Part shown: positions 17,233 through 27,143 of the stretch, one piece after another
Position numbering within the stretch: the stretch's first letter is position 1
How the letters are laid out: every line of letters starts with the position of its first letter
Assembly (NCBI GenBank): GCA_965648905.1
Contig: CBFGIT010000023.1
Coordinates: 1-41,385, forward strand
DNA: 41,385 bases
Direction: 5' to 3'
Origin: a candidate division WOR-3 bacterium
GTDB lineage: Bacteria > Hydrothermota > Tepidihabitantia > Tepidihabitantales > Tepidihabitantaceae
Notes under the pieces: model-generated
Seen by the model: only the letters and a program-made list of their open reading frames with translations
Told to the model about the DNA's origin: nothing
Database searches by the model: none
Made by a program: the position numbers and the translations under genes

Positions 17233-19038
17233 TTGAACCTGCTCTTGCTGTCTCTCCTGCTCGCTATGCCTGCTGACTCATCGGTACTTACCGTTGATGA
17301 GATAGTTGTCACGGCCGAGCGCATTCGCCACCCGGTGCGCGATGTCGCTGCCTCGGTGAGCATCCTCACTGCTGCCGACCTCAGCCGCACGACTGCCCGC
17401 ACCGCGACCGGTGCGCTTGCCGCGCTGCCCGGGGTGTTTGTGCAGAAGACCGGTCAGTTCGGCCGCACCGACATCGACATCCGTGGAGTCGGCGACCGTG
17501 GCTGCCGCATCCAGGTTCTGGTTGACGGCCGGCCGGAGAAGATGCCGGTCTATGGCTGCGTTGTTACGCACACCCTGCCCTTGAACAACGTCGAGCGCAT
17601 TGAAGTCGTGCGCGGCCCATTGTCCGTGCTCTACGGCTCAGATGCGATGGCCGGCGTAGTCAACATCGTCACCCGCCGGGCCGAGCAGCCGCTCGACTTC
17701 GCGACCCGGCTCGACTACGGCTCATTCAACACCCGGCACGGTACGCTCACCGCCGGCACACGCCAGGACCGGTTCCACCTCCTCTTCTCCGCAGACAAGG
17801 CAATGTCCGACGGCCACCTGCCGAACTCCCAGTACAACGGCAACGACCTCTCTTTGCGTGCCGGGTACGACTTCACCCCGGCCGTGCAGCTTGACTTCAC
17901 CGGCAAGTACTTCTCCGGAGTTAAGCACGAACCAAAGCGCACAACCGACCCGGAAACGCTTGTTGCCGCCGGCTGGAACCAGTACGACCGCGGCGGTCTG
18001 GACCTGACCGCGACTGGGGGCACTGAGTCATTCGGTGGCTTTGCCAAGCTGTTCCGCACCTTTGGCGAGCACCAGTTCGACCCCAGGGACGGCTGGCACT
18101 CGACCGACTTCACCAACGGTGCGACCGTACACGGCCATCGTCGGTTCACGTTCGGCAACCTGGTTCAGGCTGGAATCGAAGCAAGCCAGCTCTCGGGCAC
18201 CCGTATCATCTCGGACACGAACAAACCGTCATGGACCCGGCTCCAGGCTGCCGGCTTTGTTCAGGACGAGCAGACCTTGGGACCGGTCACGGCCAATGCC
18301 GGACTGCGCCTCAACTGGGACGACATTGCCGGAACAGGATTCTGCCCCAAGGCCGGCCTTGTCGGCCGCATCGGCTCAGCCACCGCGCTCCGCGCCAGCA
18401 TCAATCGCGGGTTCCGCTATGCGCCGTTCAACTACACGTCGGTCTTCCCGCCCAGGAATGAAAGCCTGAGACCCGAGGTCACCTGGAACTACGAACTCGG
18501 ACTCAACCAGCGGCTCCTCACCGGTCTGGGCCTTGACATCGCTGCCTTCATTCTGAACGGCGAGAACCTGATACAAGCCGTGCCCGTGCCAGGGCGAACT
18601 CCGCCGCTGCAGTTCCAGAACGTCGGCCGCTTCTCGTTCAAAGGCATCGAGGCTGCGCTCGAACTGAAGAAAACTCCCTGGCGTGGTAGCCTGAGCTACA
18701 CCTTCACCGACTTCGGCGCGAACACCCGCGCCCGGGCCGGTTCCAAGCTCAGCCTGTCAGCCGGTATCTCCCTCTCACGCCTTGACCTTGATTTGGGCTT
18801 CAACCACGTCGCCCGCTACTTTGCGCAGGACAGCTCCAGGTCCCCGATTCCTGCCTACTACACCACAGACATGCGCGCCGGCTACCGCCTCCTGAGCTGG
18901 CTTAGCGCTTTCGCATCAGTCGAGAACCTGCTCGACCGCCAGTACGACGCCTTTGCCGACCTGCCCGGAACCCAGGCCGGCCTGTACCGCATGCCCGGCC
19001 GCTCGCTCACCCTCGGCCTCGACTTCAAAGGACGGTAG
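17233..19038 (+). CDS. TonB-dependent receptor (probable Ni/metal uptake)
   Basis: Signal peptide, TonB box EIVVTA, plug IERIEVVRGP-like (VERIEVVRGPLSVLYGSDAMAGVVNI), C-terminal NLLD..Y...PGRSLTLGLDF. Confidence 0.92.
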   Translation: MNLLLLSLLLAMPADSSVLTVDEIVVTAERIRHPVRDVAASVSILTAADLSRTTARTATGALAALPGVFVQKTGQFGRTDIDIRGVGDRGCRIQVLVDGRPEKMPVYGCVVTHTLPLNNVERIEVVRGPLSVLYGSDAMAGVVNIVTRRAEQPLDFATRLDYGSFNTRHGTLTAGTRQDRFHLLFSADKAMSDGHLPNSQYNGNDLSLRAGYDFTPAVQLDFTGKYFSGVKHEPKRTTDPETLVAAGWNQYDRGGLDLTATGGTESFGGFAKLFRTFGEHQFDPRDGWHSTDFTNGATVHGHRRFTFGNLVQAGIEASQLSGTRIISDTNKPSWTRLQAAGFVQDEQTLGPVTANAGLRLNWDDIAGTGFCPKAGLVGRIGSATALRASINRGFRYAPFNYTSVFPPRNESLRPEVTWNYELGLNQRLLTGLGLDIAAFILNGENLIQAVPVPGRTPPLQFQNVGRFSFKGIEAALELKKTPWRGSLSYTFTDFGANTRARAGSKLSLSAGISLSRLDLDLGFNHVARYFAQDSSRSPIPAYYTTDMRAGYRLLSWLSAFASVENLLDRQYDAFADLPGTQAGLYRMPGRSLTLGLDFKGR

Positions 19039-19041
19039 AGA

Positions 19042-20082
19042 ATGCTCACCACCAAGACCACCAAGGGCACGGACGTTGGCAGACTTCGCGTACTTCGTGA
19101 GCTTCGTGGTCAGGAGGCTGGCGATTTCGGGTCCGGCCGACTTTGTGCGCTTGGTGTCCTTGGTGGTGTCGCTGTCCGGGTAATCCAGTCCTGCGGACTT
19201 CGTGCGCTTGGTGTCCTTGGTGGTGAATCTGCCCGGCCAGTCCGGCCCCAAGCGCCTGGTGCTGGAGCAAGAAACACCATTCTGCTCCTGCTGCTCCTCG
19301 CACTCCTTGTCGCGTGTCAATCAAAGCCGGCTGCAAGGCCCGGCGTCGTCACCTCAACCTCGCTCCTCACGGTCATTGTCAAGTCGGTCGGCGGCGATGC
19401 GTTCTCGGTCCAGACCGTTGCGCCGGCCATCGCCTGCCCCGGTCACTTCGACGTCAAGCCGGTCGATGTCATTGCTGCCAGCCGCGCGCGGCTCGTGCTC
19501 AACCACGGCTGGGAACCGTGGTTTTCGAACTTCTCAGCCGCGGTCGCGAATGCAACCCGCGACCAGCAGGTCAAACCCCGGTTCGTGACCGCGGCCACTC
19601 CGGGCAACTGGATGATACCCGAAGTCCACAAGGCCGCGGCGAAGGAGGTCACTGACCTGCTCATCGAAGTAATGCCGGAAAGCGCTGCGGCATTCCGCCG
19701 TAACCTGACCCGCTACGCAGTCGTGGTTGACTCAGCCGCAGCCGAAGCACAAGCGCTCTTTGCCGGCCGCAGAATGCCTGCCGTCCTAGCCGCGGACAAG
19801 CAGGCGCCTTTTCTGCGCTGGCTTGGATTCCGCGTTGTTGCCGAGTACGGCCGGGCTGAAGACTGCACTGCCCACGACCTGGCTGAGCTGGCCCGGGTCG
19901 CCCGCGACAGCGCAGTCACGCTGATTGTTGACAACCTTCAATCTGGGCCAGATGCCGGCCTGCCCCTGGCCGAAGCGCTCGGGGTCCGCCACGTCACTCT
20001 AACCAGCTTCCCGCTCGACACCGACTACCGAACGACCCTGCTCGACAACGCGCGCAAGCTGAGGACTGCAATCGAAGAATAG
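19042..20082 (+). CDS. ZnuA/TroA-family metal-binding lipoprotein with a repeat-expanded N-terminus
   Basis: Lipobox LLVAC; ACPGHFD, NHGWEPW, GNWMIP, AFRRN, LIVDNLQSG; first ~75 codons derive from repeats, so the true start is uncertain. Confidence 0.8.
   Translation: MLTTKTTKGTDVGRLRVLRELRGQEAGDFGSGRLCALGVLGGVAVRVIQSCGLRALGVLGGESARPVRPQAPGAGARNTILLLLLLALLVACQSKPAARPGVVTSTSLLTVIVKSVGGDAFSVQTVAPAIACPGHFDVKPVDVIAASRARLVLNHGWEPWFSNFSAAVANATRDQQVKPRFVTAATPGNWMIPEVHKAAAKEVTDLLIEVMPESAAAFRRNLTRYAVVVDSAAAEAQALFAGRRMPAVLAADKQAPFLRWLGFRVVAEYGRAEDCTAHDLAELARVARDSAVTLIVDNLQSGPDAGLPLAEALGVRHVTLTSFPLDTDYRTTLLDNARKLRTAIEE
19046..19227. repeat. REP-like palindromic element: one left arm and three right arms at 57-bp period
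   Basis: Left arm CACCACCAAGACCACCAAGGGCACGG (from 19047); complementary arms CTTyGyG..CTT.GTG..CTT.GTGGT at 19084, 19141 and 19198. Confidence 0.8.
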
Positions 20083-20248
20083 CACCACCCGGCTCGAACG
20101 CCAAATCCCCTCCCTCGGCAACTGCCGGTGACTCAAGAGTCGCTAAGCGAAACAGCATAACGGCGATTGGGCTGGTCTTCAGGTTCAACTCTCTGAGTAT
20201 CATGGAGTTAGCTGAAAATGGGCCGGTATTCAGAACCCCAGGGGGAAC

Positions 20249-20524
20249 GGTTCCCTATACGGCTCAGGGAGCCGCTACCCGGAGCGAACCCTGAAGCGCT
20301 CTCGTCGCGGCTTTCCCTGCGGCTTGGGCTGCGGCTCAGGCCGGCGCGGCCCGAGCCCCGGTGACTGCCGCGACCCGAGGCGCAGTCCTTTCGGCTCTCC
20401 TTGTGGCTCGGCACTGCGCTCTCGGGTGCGCAGTCGGAATCGCTTCGGGCGTCGCTTACCAATCCGCTTCAGGAGCCGCTCTGCAAGCCGCTCTCCAATC
20501 CGCGCCGCAAACCGCAGGAGGAAC
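20249..20524. repeat. degenerate tandem array of ~23 x 12-bp units (mostly SGC-N9)
   Basis: Units in register, e.g. 20441 cgcttcgggcgt, cgcttaccaatc, cgcttcaggagc, cgctctgcaagc, cgctctccaatc, cgcgccgcaaac. Confidence 0.8.
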
Positions 20525-20613
20525 TCTCTGGTCAGAAGCCAGCCGTTTCCGGCGCAGATGCGGGCCCCATTCGAAGAAGGGCAGGACGGCAAGATTTCGC
20601 TCGCCGCCCTGCC

Positions 20614-20651
20614 CTGTATCCTGTCTGCTGTCTACTGTCTGCTGTCTACTG
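20614..20651. repeat. heptamer tandem repeat (CTGTCTR) x5
   Basis: ctgtatc ctgtctg ctgtcta ctgtctg ctgtcta ctg directly beyond the stop of the 1259-aa gene. Confidence 0.85.
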
Positions 20652-20655
20652 CCGG

Positions 20656-23600
20656 TTATCTCATCAACACCGCTTTCTTGACATTGCGGTAGTCAGGAGT
20701 GTCGAGCCCGTAGAAGTAGATGCCGTTGGCGACCCTGCGGCCTCTTGTGTCGGTTCCGTCCCAGACCGCAGTGTACCGGCCCGGCTTGCGGGTGCTGTTG
20801 TCGAGGGTCCTGACCACCCGACCCGACGCATCAAACACCCGCAAGAGCACTCTGCCTGCGCTCCCGGTCTGATACCTGATGGTCGTGGCCCGGTTGAACG
20901 GATTGGGCTGAGCCGGGAACAGCTCAGGCTGAATCCTTGCCGGCGTGGTGCTCGCGCTCTGCTGGCCGCCGAGGATGTCGGCCAGGTCGAGCTTGGAGTA
21001 GCTCACCTCGTAGTACTCGGTCTTGGGGTTCTCCGAGGCGATAAGGTGCAGGATAACCGTAGGCTCGGGCGAGCTGGTCGGCTGAAGCAGGACATGCGGG
21101 AAGCTGGTCCTGGTCGAGTTGTCGGCCAGGTTCACGGTGTCGCCGTAGTTGACGCAGGCGAGGATGTCGTAGTCCTCTTCGTTCCGGTGCTCTTCCCAGG
21201 CAACCAGTACCGAGTCGCCAAGGAACACGACCGGATACTCTGAGCCGTTGTTCAGGGTGTTGGAGAGGTTCACGGCTTCTTCCCAGTCGTCATAGTCGTC
21301 GATGGTGGCCCGCTCGCGCACGTAGATGTCCGGTGTGCTGCCTTCGGCACAGGCCAGGACCAGCTTGTCTGAGTTCCCGACCAGACAGGGATGGCGCGCG
21401 GCCTGCTGGCCAGACTCGAACAAGATCACCGGCTCCTCCCAGCTTGGGAAGGTCTGCCAGTCGTCCGTGGCCCAGTCGCTTGCGGTCATCGAGTATCTCA
21501 CGTTGCCGTTGTCTTCCCAGGCAGCGTGCAGCCGGTCGCCTGAGCCGCCTGAGTTCTCGGCCGCGATGCAGGGGTTATCGACCTCACCCTCGGCCAGCGT
21601 ATCGGCCTTCAGATTGTCGGCATTGAACTTGGCCACCACGAGATACGTGGAGTTACCGGAGTTGGTGTACCGGAACGCAACGTAGGCGCAGGAGTTAGCG
21701 TTGTCCGGCGAGCCGGAAAGCGAGATGCCGCTGAGTCTATCCTTGCCCGGCTCGACTGAGTAGAGCGCCTTGGCAGTTGACCAGGTGTCACCGGCCCGGA
21801 AACGGGCCATGACCTTGTGCGCGCCTGCGTCGTGGTAGACCACCCAGAGTCTGCCTGTGCCGTCATACGACAGGGCCGGGTACTCGCCATTCTCGCACAG
21901 ACTCAAGCGCCTCCACGAGTCGCCCGAAGCAGACCACGCAAAGTAGACCCCGCCCGCCGCATCTGCGTAGACCGCAAACAGCGAGTCAGAGTCCGGCTTG
22001 CGCACCAGCTTGGTGCCGTTGTTGGCCCTGGTCGCACCTGGCCCGGCATTGGATACGTTGAAGCTGTCCACCTGGAATCTGACTTCGCCGGTGTCGTAGA
22101 CGCCCGAGTCCACTTCGAATACCTGCGCGCTCGTGTAGAGCAGGTTGACCCGTATCTGGTCAATGGACGGGCTTACCGCTGATGAGCAGGCGACCGCGTG
22201 CGGATGGTAGGCATCGGTGTCATTGGCCACCAGCGTCACGACGCTGTCCCGCACCCGGGCATAGATGTTCCAGACTCCTGCAACCTGCTCCTGCCACACG
22301 GTCACGCCGCAACCGGCATAGACCGAATTGGCCTTCACAGTCGTTCCCGTGGCTCCGTTGCTCGGATTGGCTCCCGAAATCCAGTCCTGGAACATTGCTG
22401 TCGGGCTCAGGTCGCAGGTCGCACGGCAGACGTTGAACGTATCTGCTGCGCCCTGGGTCACAACCCTCTGAGAGAACGCGCAGTGCAGCACGTTCCCTTC
22501 GAGCCGCGAGGCAGGGTGATACCCGTTCGCAGTCACAAGCTCCAGGGCTGACCATGCCGTCGGCCGGTTCCAGTTGCCGGGCCCGTAGTCGAGGAGCTTG
22601 GCGGAAACCACCGAGTCGCCGCGCTGCCAGACCACACAGACCGAGTCCCCGTAGGCGATGTTGATGCTCGGACAACTGTCGCCCAGATTGTCCACGGACG
22701 CGATGGTGTCGAGCAGCAGGTTCTCGGCGTCAAACTTGGCCCAGAGAATCATGCTCGTTTCTCCGACCGAGTCGTAGACCGGGAATGCCACGGCACCGAC
22801 GTACTGCCCGCTCACATCATCCGGGTAGACATGGATCGAGGGCATCTCCGGCCTAGCTGCGCTTGAGCCGCAGAAGATCGCCACCGGCTGGCTGTCGCCG
22901 ACGACACACCAGAGCGTGTCGTCGCAGACGTACACAATCCAGCTGACCCCGTTGCCGTCAATGGCAAGCGCCGGATCTCCACCCGGTGCAACCATCACCG
23001 GGATAGGTCTGCCCAGAACCGGCCCCGAGGCAACGTGCTTCCCGACGGTCCCGGCCCAGTACAGTTGGCCGCCGAGTCCGGGTTCCAGGCCCCAGTGCGC
23101 GCGACCCGGAATCACGCTTGGCGACACAGCCACCCGCCTCCAGTAGCCGATTCGGCGGTACAGACCGACAGCGGTGCCACCGGCGGCTCTTGGGTCGGCC
23201 CACACGCAGGTTCCGTGAGGTAGTCCGTTGCGATGCCCCACGGACAGGTTGATCGTCGCCACCGACGGGTTATACCCATCAAAGGGACCGCTTGGGCACA
23301 ACCAACCGAAGCGCTTCCAGTAGAATCGCGACTCTCCCGAGTAGAAGCGGCCGAAGGAACTGGCAACCGCGCGCTCAGCCTCGCGGGCTTTGACCTCGCA
23401 GACCACGGCCACAGAGAACCTGCCCTCAGTGAGAACCGCGGAGACGTTGGGCGCGGCGTAGTCGTATGCCGGGTTCAGCTCCACGATCTGCTCTGAACTC
23501 CAGTTGGCGCCAGCGTCAGTAGACCACTTGTAGGCGATTCGATCGTCTGCGTCAACCCAGCAGGCAAACACAGTGTCACTGATGGCGGCGATACAGGGGT

Positions 23601-24435
23601 AGCTGCCGTAGTATGACAGGACTCTCGCCCCGTCCCAAGTGAACCCGGCGTCGGTTGATTTCTTGAAGATCACCTCATCGTTGCCTTCGTCCGGGCTGAC
23701 ACAAAAGAGCGCGTACACGTCGTAGCTGCCGTCGTCAACTGCGAGGGACGGGCACTCGTACGCCGCCACAGAGGTGTACGCTGACACAATCTGCGGCTCC
23801 GACCACGTCCTTCCGTTGTTACCCGAGACCTTTGCCACCAGACCGACTTCGTCCGCCGGGTTCACGTCCGGGTACACAGCGCAGACAAGACCGCTCGAGA
23901 ACTGTGTCACCGCCGAGTGGAGATTCGGATTCTCTCTGTTGGCCGCTGTCAGCCACTGGTTGGTCGCCCAGGTATCAGCGTGGGTGACCGCAGTCAGCGT
24001 GGTACAGGCAGCCCTGGTTCTGTCTTGCTCAAATGACGCCCAGATCGCGTTCTTGAACGAGCTGTTCAGCGCGACGCAGACATTCTCCGGCGAGGGCGCG
24101 TTGCCGATGAGAGACGTCTCCGCTACGACGGCCGGGTCGATGTCGGTCAGTTCGCACGCGAATGGCCTCTCGCGGTCTTCGTGGTTGATGACCACGCAGG
24201 TCCAGATGCTGTATGTCTCGTTGGCCTGGTATTCCCGCATGGCCACGGCGTGGGCGCCGTTGTTTTCCGTGAGGCACTTGGTGGTGGGCGTCGTCCACAG
24301 CGGATGCTCCTTTGGCCAGCGCCACTCGTAACCAGGCTGGGCGACAGCCAGTTGCGAAGCGACGGCCAGGACGACCACTGCAGCAGCCGTTCCTGTTCTC
24401 ACTCTGCTTCCTGTTTTTTCTTTTTGCTTCCTCAC
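20656..24435 (-). CDS. large secreted Asp-box (BNR/sialidase-like) beta-propeller protein with FlgD-Ig/T9SS-like CTD
   Basis: SD GGAGG; signal peptide ending AVA; Asp boxes SGNNGRTW, STDAGFTW, STDAGANW; CTD PNPFN.ATTIRY..VFDASGR.VRTL..WDGTD..G..VANGIYF..KKAV. Confidence 0.88.
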   Translation of the reverse strand: MRKQKEKTGSRVRTGTAAAVVVLAVASQLAVAQPGYEWRWPKEHPLWTTPTTKCLTENNGAHAVAMREYQANETYSIWTCVVINHEDRERPFACELTDIDPAVVAETSLIGNAPSPENVCVALNSSFKNAIWASFEQDRTRAACTTLTAVTHADTWATNQWLTAANRENPNLHSAVTQFSSGLVCAVYPDVNPADEVGLVAKVSGNNGRTWSEPQIVSAYTSVAAYECPSLAVDDGSYDVYALFCVSPDEGNDEVIFKKSTDAGFTWDGARVLSYYGSYPCIAAISDTVFACWVDADDRIAYKWSTDAGANWSSEQIVELNPAYDYAAPNVSAVLTEGRFSVAVVCEVKAREAERAVASSFGRFYSGESRFYWKRFGWLCPSGPFDGYNPSVATINLSVGHRNGLPHGTCVWADPRAAGGTAVGLYRRIGYWRRVAVSPSVIPGRAHWGLEPGLGGQLYWAGTVGKHVASGPVLGRPIPVMVAPGGDPALAIDGNGVSWIVYVCDDTLWCVVGDSQPVAIFCGSSAARPEMPSIHVYPDDVSGQYVGAVAFPVYDSVGETSMILWAKFDAENLLLDTIASVDNLGDSCPSINIAYGDSVCVVWQRGDSVVSAKLLDYGPGNWNRPTAWSALELVTANGYHPASRLEGNVLHCAFSQRVVTQGAADTFNVCRATCDLSPTAMFQDWISGANPSNGATGTTVKANSVYAGCGVTVWQEQVAGVWNIYARVRDSVVTLVANDTDAYHPHAVACSSAVSPSIDQIRVNLLYTSAQVFEVDSGVYDTGEVRFQVDSFNVSNAGPGATRANNGTKLVRKPDSDSLFAVYADAAGGVYFAWSASGDSWRRLSLCENGEYPALSYDGTGRLWVVYHDAGAHKVMARFRAGDTWSTAKALYSVEPGKDRLSGISLSGSPDNANSCAYVAFRYTNSGNSTYLVVAKFNADNLKADTLAEGEVDNPCIAAENSGGSGDRLHAAWEDNGNVRYSMTASDWATDDWQTFPSWEEPVILFESGQQAARHPCLVGNSDKLVLACAEGSTPDIYVRERATIDDYDDWEEAVNLSNTLNNGSEYPVVFLGDSVLVAWEEHRNEEDYDILACVNYGDTVNLADNSTRTSFPHVLLQPTSSPEPTVILHLIASENPKTEYYEVSYSKLDLADILGGQQSASTTPARIQPELFPAQPNPFNRATTIRYQTGSAGRVLLRVFDASGRVVRTLDNSTRKPGRYTAVWDGTDTRGRRVANGIYFYGLDTPDYRNVKKAVLMR

Positions 24436-24581
24436 TTGACCGATCCTCCATATGCGGCATAATTCCTTGGGCAGCGAATCCCGATTCGTCGGAACCTGTC
24501 TCGTCTCGCCAGACGCAGGCGCTGCCCTTTCTTTCGAACCTGGAGCGGACGCGACTCAGCCCATGGGCGCCTCCCAGCAGC

Positions 24582-27143
24582 TCACCTTACAGCCAACACC
24601 TTCTGCGCCGGTCCTTTGGAGTCTGAGACTACGAAGAAAACGCCCACCCCCGGTAGGGCCATCTCCCTCACGCCGGCGCGTCCCCCGGCCACCCTGCGAC
24701 CGGCGGCATCGAAGACCTCCGCACGCTCTCCTGCTGGCAATCGCAGGACACCGTTGGCGATTGTCGTGCGAGGAACCATCGGCTCCGGGCCTTCGCTAAC
24801 CCCGCTGGCCGTATCCTTCAAGACGTAGACCCGGGACTGAGAGCTGCTGATGAAGACCCGGTGCTCCACCGGTCCCAGCGCAAAGCACCAGGGGCCGGTC
24901 ACACGGATACCGGCGGTGACACGGTCGACCGCGCAGTCGATGACCGAAACCGAGTCATCGGCCCGTATGCAGTAGGCCTTGTTCACGAGCGAGTCCACGT
25001 AGACGCTGATGGCGTTTGGCACGCGGATCCTGCGCATGACCGTGTCGGCGGCGCAATCGAGCACCTTCACGCCCGCGTCCCATGGTCGTTCAATCGCGCA
25101 GTACAGCCGGTCGTTTACCGAGTTGTAGGCCGCGCAGTTGGGGGAGAACGCCGCCCCGCTGTCTATGAGGACGCGGGTGACGAGTGTCTCCGCCCGCGCA
25201 TCGATTATCGCCGCCCACATCCCGCCGTCCCCCGTCATGCAGTAGACCTTGGGCAGGCGCGGGTGGACCAGCAGCTCGACCGGGTGCCCGCCTACCCGTA
25301 TTGAGGTCACGATGGTATCCCGGTCGCAGTCGATGATATGTACGCTGGCGACACCAGGATCGCAGACATACACCCTGTTGCGCAGCGGGACAAAGCAGAT
25401 ATCCCCAGCCGGTACGCTCATTGGGCCGATGAGTCTGAGCAGGCTGTCGCCGTGCGCATCTATCGCCGCGACAGTCCCCGGGTTGGCACCGGAGCAGTTG
25501 ACGTAGACTTTGTTCACCGTGGGCGCGTAGCAAATCTCGCAGGGCGCATTGTCCACTGGCACGTTGGCGAGCAACTGGTGGTCGTCCGTCCCGATGATGC
25601 TGACGCTGTCACTCTTGTTGTTCGTGACGAAGAGCTTGTTCTCCAAACTGCTCAGCACCATCTGGAACGGCTGCTTCAGCGTCCGCACGACCGGCCCGGG
25701 CATGTTGGTTGCCGCGTCGAGGGCCACGACCGCGCCGAGGTTGTCGGGGTTCAGGCCGTAGACCCGGTCGTGCGCTGAATCATAGCAGAGCTGCCGCATG
25801 GCCCAGCCAACGTGTCCGACCCCTGCAAGAGAACCCGTGGTGCCGTCAACTGACGCGACCGTGCCGTAGACGCCGACGCACACAAAGCGCCGCTGTATTG
25901 AATCATAGGCTCCATACAACGTTCTCAAGGGGGCCTGGGCCCGCGCCCGCTCGACCATAGCCGCACCGTCGATGGTGGCAACCTCGTGAATCGCCATCGA
26001 TGAGCGATAGCCGGTGCAGTACACGTTCTCGTCTACTGAACTCGCGGTCATGCAGTTCGCGCTGTACTGCAGATGGTCGAGCTCCACATGGCCGACGATT
26101 CGGTCGGTGACACCGTCGATTGCATGTACGCTCCAGGTCGATGGACCGCTCTCGGCGGCATAGACGCGGTTGGTGACGCGGCTGTAGCACAAAGGGCTGA
26201 TACCCTGCAGTGTTAGGGAGTGACGTGTTCGCAGCGCGTCGCGGGCACCGTCGATGACTAGCAGGCTGAACGTCGTGTTGCAGTACACCTTGTTGTTGAG
26301 GTCGTTGCAGACCAGCGTCGCCGGGCGGCCGCCGGCATCCAGAACCCGGATCAGGGTATCGGCGCCGGCATCGAAGATCGAGACCGTTCCGCTCAAGTGG
26401 TCGGCAGTGTAGAACTTGTTGCTGGCGGGATTGTAGCAGACTGCGGTGGGGCCATCGCCTGTGCCTATCATCCCGCTCAGCTCTTCCGTCGTCAGGTCAA
26501 TCACCGCCACGCTGTCCAAGTCGTAACACGCACCGTAGAGCCTACCCGCCTGTGGGTTGTGGCTGAAGCCCAGGACGCCACCACCGAGTCGTATCCGCTT
26601 GACGACAGTATCGGACGGTACGTCAACCACAGCAACGTCCCCGCCATCAAGACCGCAGAACACACGGCTGCCTTCCGGGCTGCACCATATGGCACGGACT
26701 GCGTCGCCGACCGGAATGCGGGCCACGTTGCGCATTGTCGCTGCGTCCAGCACGTAGAGACAGCCGATGGTGTCGCCGACGTACACACGTCCGAGCTGCG
26801 GACTGACCGCAATCGCGCGAATCCAGCACGCCCCGGCCAGCGTGTCGGGCATCGGGAGGACCTTCTCGATGTACTGGGCGAGCGCGGCCTGTGTCGCGCA
26901 CATGAGCACGGCGGCCAGAATGACCGCACTGCGTATCGGCATGCTACTTTCCCTCATCATTGCCGCTGTGCTCGGCAATCTGGCGCCTTCTACCATCGTC
27001 ACCCTCAGCGCCGAGCCCCAGTCCGACTGGACGCCTCGGGTGAAATTGGCCCGGGCCGGCGCAGAGTCTTGATTGTCCTTCTCCGGCGCAGCGGCACGCC
27101 GGGTTTGCCCGAACTCAACAAACCTCGATAAGACCTTCCTCAC
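24582..27143 (-). CDS. YVTN/YncE-type beta-propeller secreted protein with T9SS-like CTD
   Basis: Repeated NKVYV...VSIID...D....I.VG..P blades; signal peptide after MPIRS (alternative start 26942); SD GGAGGT before GTG 27143; CTD VFDAAGRRV...GVFFV...QKV. Confidence 0.85.
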   Translation of the reverse strand: MRKVLSRFVEFGQTRRAAAPEKDNQDSAPARANFTRGVQSDWGSALRVTMVEGARLPSTAAMMRESSMPIRSAVILAAVLMCATQAALAQYIEKVLPMPDTLAGACWIRAIAVSPQLGRVYVGDTIGCLYVLDAATMRNVARIPVGDAVRAIWCSPEGSRVFCGLDGGDVAVVDVPSDTVVKRIRLGGGVLGFSHNPQAGRLYGACYDLDSVAVIDLTTEELSGMIGTGDGPTAVCYNPASNKFYTADHLSGTVSIFDAGADTLIRVLDAGGRPATLVCNDLNNKVYCNTTFSLLVIDGARDALRTRHSLTLQGISPLCYSRVTNRVYAAESGPSTWSVHAIDGVTDRIVGHVELDHLQYSANCMTASSVDENVYCTGYRSSMAIHEVATIDGAAMVERARAQAPLRTLYGAYDSIQRRFVCVGVYGTVASVDGTTGSLAGVGHVGWAMRQLCYDSAHDRVYGLNPDNLGAVVALDAATNMPGPVVRTLKQPFQMVLSSLENKLFVTNNKSDSVSIIGTDDHQLLANVPVDNAPCEICYAPTVNKVYVNCSGANPGTVAAIDAHGDSLLRLIGPMSVPAGDICFVPLRNRVYVCDPGVASVHIIDCDRDTIVTSIRVGGHPVELLVHPRLPKVYCMTGDGGMWAAIIDARAETLVTRVLIDSGAAFSPNCAAYNSVNDRLYCAIERPWDAGVKVLDCAADTVMRRIRVPNAISVYVDSLVNKAYCIRADDSVSVIDCAVDRVTAGIRVTGPWCFALGPVEHRVFISSSQSRVYVLKDTASGVSEGPEPMVPRTTIANGVLRLPAGERAEVFDAAGRRVAGGRAGVREMALPGVGVFFVVSDSKGPAQKVLAVR

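Noticed and set aside
19082..19227. ~30-bp repeats with ~27-bp spacers resembling a mini-CRISPR
   Set aside because: Only three degenerate repeats, spacers resemble each other, repeats pair with an upstream inverted arm, the array is in a reading frame, and there are no cas genes.
20208..20692. Several Arg/Ser-rich ORFs on both strands
   Set aside because: By-products of the 12-bp periodic array; no SD or family motifs.
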